From: Caulobacteraceae bacterium | GTDB lineage: Bacteria > Bacillota > Clostridia > Lutisporales > Lutisporaceae | DNA: 24,000 bases | Reading direction: 5' to 3' | Assembly (NCBI GenBank): GCA_050261415.1 | Contig: JBLNDG010000132.1 | Span: 21,050-45,049 of the forward strand | In this document: positions 8,976 through 15,197 of the stretch, piece by piece | How the letters are laid out: each line of letters opens with the position of its first letter | How positions within the stretch are numbered: the stretch's first letter is position 1 | Made by a program: the position numbers and the translations under genes | The notes under the pieces: generated by a model | Told to the model about the DNA's origin: nothing | Seen by the model: only the letters and a program-made list of their open reading frames with translations | Database searches by the model: none

Positions 8976-9001
8976 ATAAAACAAAATGCCCGAAGGCATT
9001 A
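8976..9001 (-). terminator. intrinsic terminator after the three-Cys gene, directly abutting the integrase SD
   Basis: Reverse strand: TAATGCCTTCGGGCATTTTGTTTTA. Stem AATGCC/GGCATT with TTCG loop (8985..9000) plus T-run. GGAGG of the integrase follows about 4 nt later. Confidence 0.75.
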
Positions 9002-9775
9002 TATGCATTGGATATTTTCCGTAATAGTTCCATCTTTAATGTGATACTCCATTTCATAGCTATTACAGAACTCAATTGTTTGATATGCTAATGTGTTAAA
9101 AAACTCCTTATACCCTTTGTATTTATTTATAAGCGGATTGTAATTCAACCTACCGAAAATAATTCTGTCAACAAATTTTATTGATTCTAATATTTCGCCA
9201 TAATCCTGATCTACTATATTTGGTGTTGGATAAGGTTCTATGCTTACCCATGTCTTACAATCATGATCATGCAAATACTTTAAATTTCTTATTCTATCAG
9301 TATAAGGTGCAGATCCGGGTTCATATTTTCGCCTAAAGTTTTCATCCAGCGATACAAGTGTAATACCATACTCATTGTCGGGTGACAGGTCGACTAATTC
9401 TTTAGGGAGTAGACCTTTTGTTAGAGCAGTGGTCTTTATACCATTGCTATTGAGCATCTTTATGATTTCTATGCTCATATTAGATATTTCATTGTAACCA
9501 TACATAAATGGATCTGTCGTAAAACATAGGTGTACAGACTTGATATCTTTCTTGTATCTAGGTATTTCTTTCATCAGGATATCAAGTGCATTAATAGCAA
9601 GCTTTGGTTTACACCATTCCTCATAATTTTTTACTTTCCCGAAACGCTTTGCTAACATCATTGCATAACAAGGGTATTTGCAGCCATGAGAACACCCAAG
9701 GACATGATTTATAGTATAATCGCCATACTCAACTCCGGTCTTATAAAGCATTGATTTCCTAGTGATTGCATCCAT
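8999..9775 (-). CDS. three-Cys-motif, radical-SAM-like protein (SplB/DUF5131-like architecture)
   Basis: 258 aa. N-terminal HVLGCSHGCKYPCYAMMLAKRFG resembles the GCxxxCxYCYA cluster loop of SplB-type and Gp37/Gp68-type radical-SAM-like proteins, but with C-x3-C-x3-C spacing (C28, C32, C36). Later VHLCFTTDPF and IKTTALTKG resemble their core strands. Adjacent to a TcmP gene. Confidence 0.6.
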   Translation of the reverse strand: MDAITRKSMLYKTGVEYGDYTINHVLGCSHGCKYPCYAMMLAKRFGKVKNYEEWCKPKLAINALDILMKEIPRYKKDIKSVHLCFTTDPFMYGYNEISNMSIEIIKMLNSNGIKTTALTKGLLPKELVDLSPDNEYGITLVSLDENFRRKYEPGSAPYTDRIRNLKYLHDHDCKTWVSIEPYPTPNIVDQDYGEILESIKFVDRIIFGRLNYNPLINKYKGYKEFFNTLAYQTIEFCNSYEMEYHIKDGTITENIQCI

Positions 9776-9808
9776 TTTTATCCCTCTCTATTTTTACTTT
9801 ATAATACC

Positions 9809-9817
9809 ATTATACCA
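9809..9817 (-). promoter_or_regulatory. extended -10 element (TGGTATAAT) upstream of the three-Cys gene
   Basis: Reverse strand ...TTATGGTATAATGGTATTATAAAG... lies 30-40 nt before the ATG at 9775 and after a short hairpin AAGAAC-N4-GTTCTT (9829..9844). No convincing -35. Confidence 0.35.
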
Positions 9818-9844
9818 TAATTTAGATAAGAACATACGTTCTTG

Positions 9845-10948
9845 TTAAAAAATTATAATGTCATTGCCAGAAAGCCCTCTAGGTGTTTTTGATGTTATTC
9901 TCTTTACTGCAATCTTCCCTTCTTTTTCTAATGTTTTAAGTGCTTCTCTATAATGCTTTTCAACGCTTTGTGTAAGTATAAAAGTATTTTCGAGAATATT
10001 GTCATATGTAATCCTCTTACCTTTTGGGAAAAACTTCATAAGATATGTTTTTAGTGATTCTACATTAGGATCAAATAACCGAAGTTGTGACCTGGACTCC
10101 TGATATTGTAACTCCTTTGGACCAAGGTAAGCATAGTGCTCATTTTGATTGAACATTATTGATTTCATGATTGCCAAGCCCTTGAAATGATTTGTAGCAT
10201 ATATGAGGTAGTACAATGTTGAACATTTACTGTCTTCACAAATTCTAAATGGGAATACATATTTTGCACAGTTTTCTTCAATGAGCCTGCGCATATAAAG
10301 GTTACGCAATGCATGTTCTCTTTCAGTACCAGATAAATCAATATATTCCTTCCATTCACTGCAACCAAAAAGAGTATCGAAGTTTTTTTCCTGATGTTTT
10401 ACCGATAAAAAACGGTTCATTTCTCTGAACATAAAGTTAAAGAATACTTCGGTGCGAGGGATGCTTAATATCCTTTTAACAGTTTCAAATGGTACACCTG
10501 TATATCCGAATGGATCAATAAAGAAGAAGGAGGGAACAAGATTATCCTTTGTTTTATCAAGTAGTTCATTAATGGCAGTATCAAAATCCTTATTCTCGTG
10601 AAAGACTGAGTGTACTGACGGAAAATCCTTTCTTCTTTCTGTGACAACTTCAACTAGGTTATCATAATTGTCCTTATCTCTTTCAACAAAGTAGCAAATG
10701 AATTTCAAATTACGAACTGACTTAAAATGTGAAACTTCTTGGCATGCCTGCATTGCAAGAAGAGGAGAACCATCACTGCCATTAGCATACTGCCCTCGGC
10801 CGGCAAATCCGTCTACATACATAATAGTATCGTTATTGCTCCCAAGTATAGGTATCCATGCTTCCAGGTACTTTTTCATTAAGGTATGCTTTACTTGAGC
10901 ATGCTCAGAATAAGTCCATTTATTTTCGTCGTTATTTTTTAATGCCAT
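9845..10948 (-). CDS. three-Cys-motif partner protein TcmP-like (RlmJ-like methyltransferase fold suspected)
   Basis: 367 aa. EHAQVKHTLMKKYLEAW...IMYVDGFAGRGQYANGSDGSPLLA...FFFIDPFGYTG. By eye this parallels E. coli RlmJ as I recall it: NHADVLKHT...LYLDTHAGAGRYQLGS...PGSPLIA...LILIDPPYE. SD GGAGTG lies 7 nt before the ATG, 13 nt after the upstream stop. Confidence 0.6.
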   Translation of the reverse strand: MALKNNDENKWTYSEHAQVKHTLMKKYLEAWIPILGSNNDTIMYVDGFAGRGQYANGSDGSPLLAMQACQEVSHFKSVRNLKFICYFVERDKDNYDNLVEVVTERRKDFPSVHSVFHENKDFDTAINELLDKTKDNLVPSFFFIDPFGYTGVPFETVKRILSIPRTEVFFNFMFREMNRFLSVKHQEKNFDTLFGCSEWKEYIDLSGTEREHALRNLYMRRLIEENCAKYVFPFRICEDSKCSTLYYLIYATNHFKGLAIMKSIMFNQNEHYAYLGPKELQYQESRSQLRLFDPNVESLKTYLMKFFPKGKRITYDNILENTFILTQSVEKHYREALKTLEKEGKIAVKRITSKTPRGLSGNDIIIF

Positions 10949-10961
10949 CGCTTAACACTCC

Positions 10962-12038
10962 TTACATATACCTCTTAACAACCTCAATAATATTATCTTT
11001 ATAGTTATAAATATCATCAATACTCTCAATTTGATATGTAATTGGGTTTTTGTTATCGTCAGGTAAATATATGTGCTTCTTGTTTCCATCTAGTTTAAGC
11101 CTGCATATCCATTTCCACGAATTATTGTCGTAAAGAATCCCAAAATACGATTGAGTGTCTTTGTAGCTTATTTTCTCCTTTGGCACTATATCTCTTAGGA
11201 ATGTTTTTATTGTGTAGAAAAATTCCATTTCTTCTTCTGTTGTTATTATTGCTGGCTTGCTTACCGGCTCAGGCTCAAATGTAGACACTTCCGCACTTGG
11301 AGCAGACTTCTGCCCTTCTTGGATATCATTGTTCTTTAGAGCAGATGTTATTTTTTCATTCATCAACTCATTTACGAATTGATTCATTGACTTTCTCACA
11401 ATCTCTCTAAACCTGGTAATGACATTTTGTGTTTTTACCCCTGTATAAACTTTTCCGGATATGAATTTTACAAACTCATCTTCAGGTGCTTTTAACTGTG
11501 TAGTCATGTACTTAATTATTTCATTTGAATATTTGAGCTCGGAAGCAGCATTGAAAATAGTATCAATATCAAATGATTGTTTGTGGAATTTTTTTAGCTC
11601 ATTAATATAAGATTCTTTTATATCTAATAAGTTAATCTCTAAGAAAGGTTTAGCATCCATCTTGTTCTGCTCATCCAAGTCGGTATAAAACCTATATATA
11701 ATTCCATTTGTCAAGATTGCAAATTTCGCTGTAGAAGTGCCGAAATATCGGAATAGTTGGGAATCATACTTATCAAGATTCTCTCCGCACCATTTTGCCT
11801 CAATTAATATTACAGGGTTATTATCCTTCATTATTGCATAATCAACTTTTTCACCCTTTTTTATCCCTACGTCAGCAGTATACTCAGGTACAAACTCATG
11901 TGGATTAAAAACATCATAACCGAGCATTTGGAAGAAAGGCATAATCATTGATGTTTTAGTAGCTTCCTCTGTTGCGATGTTATCCTTTATACCCTCGATC
12001 CTTTTTGAAAACTGTTTCAGCTCATCAATAAAATCCAT
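10962..12038 (-). CDS. HsdR N-terminal-domain (COG4748-type) PD-(D/E)xK nuclease-fold protein
   Basis: 358 aa. EEATKTSMIMPFFQMLGYDVFNPHEFVPEY...KVDYAIMKDNNPVILIEAKW matches the type I restriction enzyme R N-terminal domain pattern (E..t....I.P.l..LGy ... D-x13-E-x-K: D66, E80, K82). No helicase or methylase domain attached. Confidence 0.75.
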   Translation of the reverse strand: MDFIDELKQFSKRIEGIKDNIATEEATKTSMIMPFFQMLGYDVFNPHEFVPEYTADVGIKKGEKVDYAIMKDNNPVILIEAKWCGENLDKYDSQLFRYFGTSTAKFAILTNGIIYRFYTDLDEQNKMDAKPFLEINLLDIKESYINELKKFHKQSFDIDTIFNAASELKYSNEIIKYMTTQLKAPEDEFVKFISGKVYTGVKTQNVITRFREIVRKSMNQFVNELMNEKITSALKNNDIQEGQKSAPSAEVSTFEPEPVSKPAIITTEEEMEFFYTIKTFLRDIVPKEKISYKDTQSYFGILYDNNSWKWICRLKLDGNKKHIYLPDDNKNPITYQIESIDDIYNYKDNIIEVVKRYM

Positions 12039-12142
12039 ACTTATCCCCCTCTATAAATTTATCTTCTTATTAATAAATATCGCACATGTAGCGACATTGT
12101 TCGACAAAATATTACTAAATAAGTACAATTTACCATGTATGG

Positions 12143-12172
12143 TTATATAAAAAGTTCCGTTAGGAACCTTTT
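12143..12172 (-). terminator. intrinsic terminator after the ImmA-like gene
   Basis: Reverse strand AAGGTTCC-TAAC-GGAACTTT (8 bp, one G-U) followed by TTATATA. Overlaps the stop codon at 12160..12162. Confidence 0.65.
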
Positions 12173-13263
12173 GTTGCAGCAGCTTTATCAGCCGTTTGAT
12201 TGGCAACTTGACTTTCTTGATATTTTCTCCAGTGAGGCAGAAGCCCTTGAAGATAAAAGGATGTTTTATTGCCGCAGCATTCACAATAACGGGCGTTGCC
12301 ATCAGGGATATTACCGCAGCTGAATTTATATTCTTGATTACCCATAATATCAATACTGCGGATCTCGTTTGTACACTCCTGAATTAAATAGGTATTACAA
12401 TTTGGACAATAATGTTCATCGGCTATTTCCGTATTTCCGCATGTAGGGCAGGAGAGGGCATGTCCATATTCATCTGTCTCTATTGCATACAGGTATTCTA
12501 CCGGCTCTTTATCTCCTGTGAAGTTTGTCAAAAGTGAGCAGCCGCATATGGCACAATACTTGGCATACGGGTTATTCGTAATATTTCCGCAGACAATACA
12601 TGTTATATTTTTGAATATATCAAATAATTTATAAGTATTTTCAATAGAATTAGGGTAGCTTACAGGTTCGGGCTCTGTATCAGCGATTTGTGGCTCAATG
12701 GGTACAACTTTATTTTCTTGAGAAGAGCTGCCGCTGAGTATAAGCAGGGAATCTTTCTTTCTCTGTATTTTCAGTGAGTCCAGCCTGTTAAGCAACGACT
12801 CCCATGATACGTTAAAAAGATTGTAAAGCTTACCGATATTAGCAGCAGTAGATGGAGGATGTTGCTTTATATATTTATATACCCATTCTTCAGGCATTAA
12901 TAGCTCTGCAGCAAATGCGTTAGCTTCTTTATCAATATAAGCACAGCCTATTTCATCTGATAGATATTTCTTATAATTTATAAAGTGTTTAAGAATAATA
13001 TGGCCGGCTTCATGGGCATATGTCCAGGTGGACATATCCTTATATTCTACATTATTTATATATATTTTATATTTGCCGCTTATAAACCTTGTAAACCCTT
13101 TTTCATCAGGATCGCTGAAGTTATATAGCTGCCCGAGCCGGCATACAATGCTTTTGGGGTGAACTGGCGGCTCTTCAATATTAAAGCTTCTTAATGTATT
13201 TTGAGCAATGGACTTTATTTGTTTTTTCCGTGAAGTGGTAAGTAGTAGGCTCATGAATGTCAC
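12160..13263 (-). CDS. ImmA/IrrE-family zinc metallopeptidase fused to three zinc-ribbon modules
   Basis: 367 aa. HEXXH site YAHEAGHIILKH followed by EANAFAAELLMP (typical ImmA/IrrE). C-terminal half carries CIVCGN-x10-CAICG, CPTCGN-x9-CPNCN and SCGN-x9-CECCG. Confidence 0.8.
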   Translation of the reverse strand: MTFMSLLLTTSRKKQIKSIAQNTLRSFNIEEPPVHPKSIVCRLGQLYNFSDPDEKGFTRFISGKYKIYINNVEYKDMSTWTYAHEAGHIILKHFINYKKYLSDEIGCAYIDKEANAFAAELLMPEEWVYKYIKQHPPSTAANIGKLYNLFNVSWESLLNRLDSLKIQRKKDSLLILSGSSSQENKVVPIEPQIADTEPEPVSYPNSIENTYKLFDIFKNITCIVCGNITNNPYAKYCAICGCSLLTNFTGDKEPVEYLYAIETDEYGHALSCPTCGNTEIADEHYCPNCNTYLIQECTNEIRSIDIMGNQEYKFSCGNIPDGNARYCECCGNKTSFYLQGLLPHWRKYQESQVANQTADKAAATKGS

Positions 13264-13296
13264 TGTCCTTTGATTGCGTTACAGCTGCGAATGTGT

Positions 13297-13329
13297 TCAA
13301 AAATAAAGAGCTGCTCAATAAAGAGCAGC
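13297..13329 (-). terminator. intrinsic terminator
   Basis: Reverse strand GCTGCTC-TTTATT-GAGCAGC (13310..13316 / 13323..13329) followed by TCTTTATTTTT. Confidence 0.75.
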
Positions 13330-13456
13330 CCCATACTTACGGATTATTGGCAGGCGGTAAACTCTGCATCTCTTTTGACCACGAGGGCGCGTGGGGAACC
13401 TTTCCCACCTCAAATAATCCTATTTAATAGTATTAACAAAGTTTATTTTTTATTTC
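13330..13456 (-). ncRNA. candidate structured RNA (sRNA or cis leader of the ImmA-like gene)
   Basis: GC-rich island in AT-rich spacer. 8-bp closing helix GGATTATT (13341..13348) / AATAATCC (13413..13420) encloses hairpins 13350..13367, 13379..13394 and 13395..13405. Upstream on the minus strand: TTGTAT (13491..13486), 17 nt, TATAAT (13468..13463). Downstream: the terminator at 13297..13329. No known RNA family recognised. Confidence 0.3.
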
Positions 13457-13505
13457 ATTTATATTATAAAATATTAATTTTATAAATACAAGTGAAATAA
13501 AAAAC

Positions 13506-13883
13506 CTAAATTTTATGGTATCTGCCTTTATTTATTCTTGCTTTGCACTTGCTATCATTTATCATATAAAAACTTGATATCGATAACGGACCCGATGTAT
13601 TGTTTATCTTTAGCCCAATTGTAACAAAATCATCAATTTTTTTAACAACTTCGATACAGTTTGCTTTATTAGGATAAATCCCGCAATACTCTGGAGATGA
13701 AAGTATTTGAGGAAGCAGCTGAAAATATTTAAAAAAATCCTTTCCATGCTCTGATCTGGCGTGTCTGATTGCTCCAGGAGATATAAAGACACGCTTGTCC
13801 ACAATTGAAAGATTTAAAATAGTTATTACTTTATTATTTAGGTCACACACATATTGGGAAGTTACAGCATATTCATCTAACAT
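13506..13883 (-). CDS. hypothetical protein, possible Barnase/EndoU/ColicinE5-D/RelE-like (PBECR-type) nuclease fold
   Basis: 125 aa, 41 nt downstream of the repressor gene, same strand. VFISPGAIRHARSEHGKDF...ILSSPEY...ANCIEVVKKIDD-FVTIGLK recalls the pattern of phage PBECR domains (H-x-x-x-x-x-H then Pd.v...n.i.fvk). Weak, by-eye assignment only. Confidence 0.5.
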   Translation of the reverse strand: MLDEYAVTSQYVCDLNNKVITILNLSIVDKRVFISPGAIRHARSEHGKDFFKYFQLLPQILSSPEYCGIYPNKANCIEVVKKIDDFVTIGLKINNTSGPLSISSFYMINDSKCKARINKGRYHKI

Positions 13884-13924
13884 TTGGCACCTATTTTCAA
13901 TCGTATTATTTATATATCATTTCA

Positions 13925-14335
13925 TTAACTTTGCTCCTCATCATCAACAGGCCAGGCGGATTCAATGATCTTCAACAGCCGTTCTTTATCTTTCTGGGTA
14001 AGGGGTTTAGCGTCACGGTTTATTATTGTGCCGAGCTGGTCGAATATATCCTCATTCTTTTTATTATCATGTTTATTTGTTTTATTAATAAATGTTGTTT
14101 CAGATTCAATGTAACCAGCAGCTTCCATTAATTGCTTATAAGTAACTCCATTATATGCTTTATCGGCAAATTTTCTTATAGTTTCTGGATTAGGAGATGT
14201 ATCTATTAATTCTCTCACCAATCTAGAAATATGGGCTGCACTTACTCCGCAATGTAAAGCATATTGATTAATTGACCTTTCTCCTTTTGCTCTTAAAAGA
14301 AGCTCGGAAAACTTATGTTTATCAAAGTGATTCAT
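13925..14335 (-). CDS. XRE-family HTH repressor (CI-like)
   Basis: HTH SINQYALHCGVSAAHISRLVRE near the N-terminus. Divergent from a Cro-like gene across an operator-rich spacer. Start ATG 14335 (GAGGTG 6 nt upstream) preferred over track start 14344, a GTG within the SD. Confidence 0.8.
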   Translation of the reverse strand: MNHFDKHKFSELLLRAKGERSINQYALHCGVSAAHISRLVRELIDTSPNPETIRKFADKAYNGVTYKQLMEAAGYIESETTFINKTNKHDNKKNEDIFDQLGTIINRDAKPLTQKDKERLLKIIESAWPVDDEEQS

Positions 14336-14360
14336 GAATAACACCTCACTATATACCTAT

Positions 14361-14491
14361 ATTGTATTTTAATTATTGACTGTAAACAATAACGTAATAA
14401 AAAAAACATGAAAAAATTAACAAAAAGTATTGACTGCACTCAATAACGTGTGATATATTTTAACTACAGTCAACATTACATGCAGTCAATA
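14361..14491. promoter_or_regulatory. divergent promoter/operator region of the lysis-lysogeny switch
   Basis: Half-site TTGACTG occurs at 14376 (+), 14430 (+), 14467..14473 (-) and 14483..14489 (-). 22-bp direct repeats TATTGACTGnnnnnCAATAACGT at 14374..14395 and 14428..14449. Rightward promoter TTGACT (14430..14435), 18 nt, TGaTATATT (14451..14459). Leftward promoter TTGTTT (14389..14384), 17 nt, TACAAT (14366..14361). Confidence 0.65.
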
Positions 14492-14508
14492 GCACTGGAG
14501 GTGAGTCT

Positions 14509-14766
14509 ATGGATATTATAAAAGAGAAGGTTATTGAACTAATGGAAAGGTACTGTGAAGGTAACTACAATGCATTCGCAAGAGAGTTAGGTCTAAATGT
14601 GGCACATTTATATAGAACACTTAATAACCCAAATAGTAAGGCAGGAGCTAAATTTTTAGGTTCATTGATTGATTTTTGTGAAAGAAAGGAGCTTGATTAT
14701 AAGGAATATATTTTTTTAAACAAACCGTTGACTGCATGTAATGATACGACTATTCAGGCGAGTTAG
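14509..14766 (+). CDS. Cro-like small HTH regulator
   Basis: 85 aa. YNAFARELGLNVAHLYRTLN helix-turn-helix. GGAGGTGAG SD. Divergent from the CI-like gene. Confidence 0.7.
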   Translation: MDIIKEKVIELMERYCEGNYNAFARELGLNVAHLYRTLNNPNSKAGAKFLGSLIDFCERKELDYKEYIFLNKPLTACNDTTIQAS

Positions 14767-14780
14767 GGGGTGAGGGAATG
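14758..14780 (+). repeat. copy 0 of the conserved junction GCGAGTTAGGGGGTGAGGrAATG
   Basis: Contains the cro-like stop codon (TAG 14764..14766), an SD and the next ATG. The same string recurs at 15243..15265 and 15687..15709, and in degenerate form at 16194..16225. Confidence 0.8.
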
Positions 14781-14927
14781 AAACTGATAACCAAGGTAAG
14801 AGAGGTAAAGCAAGTTTCCAATATCGATGAGCTTGATAAATTGGTGAAGGAGGACTGGATACTCTTATCAGCATTATCCAGTCCGGAAGGAATACTTTTT
14901 ATTCTTGGTCGGTTGAATCTTGATTAA
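14778..14927 (+). CDS. unannotated 49-aa ORF
   Basis: ATG 14778 follows GGGGGTGAGGG. Product MKLITKVREVKQVSNIDELDKLVKEDWILLSALSSPEGILFILGRLNLD. Below the track cut-off. Its 3' end overlaps the convergent ORF 14899..15192 by 29 nt. Confidence 0.5.
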   Translation: MKLITKVREVKQVSNIDELDKLVKEDWILLSALSSPEGILFILGRLNLD

Positions 14928-15192
14928 GTCTTGAGATTACATCTTTCGTGATATTAGCAAAAGATTCCCCTGTAATTTTATCAATTGTCTTGTTAAGTGA
15001 AGGATAACCGAGAACATAGTGAAGCTTTTGCATATCCGGGAAATTCTCATCATAACAAGTTTTGTATGTTTCGATTAATAACCAACCTGCTTTTAATAGA
15101 TTATTGACTTTTTCAACAGCTATTTCACCAGCATGTGATGAGTAATCGGTAGGGGATATTTGCTTAAATTCACAAAACATCGTTAAATCCAC
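14899..15192 (-). CDS. hypothetical small protein (97 aa)
   Basis: GTG start 5 nt after AAGGAGGTG. No motif recognised apart from a LLKAGWLLIE...HYVLGY segment. Confidence 0.6.
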   Translation of the reverse strand: MDLTMFCEFKQISPTDYSSHAGEIAVEKVNNLLKAGWLLIETYKTCYDENFPDMQKLHYVLGYPSLNKTIDKITGESFANITKDVISRLNQDSTDQE

Positions 15193-15197
15193 AATAA

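Noticed and set aside
12051-12387. Track ORFs 12051..12353 (-), 12135..12323 (+) and 12196..12387 (+)
   Set aside because: They overlap the 3' end of the ImmA-like gene, whose zinc-ribbon CxxC periodicity supports its own frame, and the terminator/promoter spacer. They have no SD.
13341-13420. tRNA-like element (80 nt, 8-bp closing helix, three internal hairpins)
   Set aside because: Neither strand gives a 7-nt anticodon loop on a 5-bp stem or a GTTCRANNC T-loop in the correct position. Arm spacing does not fit a cloverleaf. Kept only as an unclassified structured-RNA candidate.
13270-13485. 71-aa plus-strand ORF in the ImmA/125-aa spacer
   Set aside because: No SD and low-complexity sequence. 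It spans a terminator hairpin and an AT-rich promoter-like tract, so the region is better explained as non-coding.
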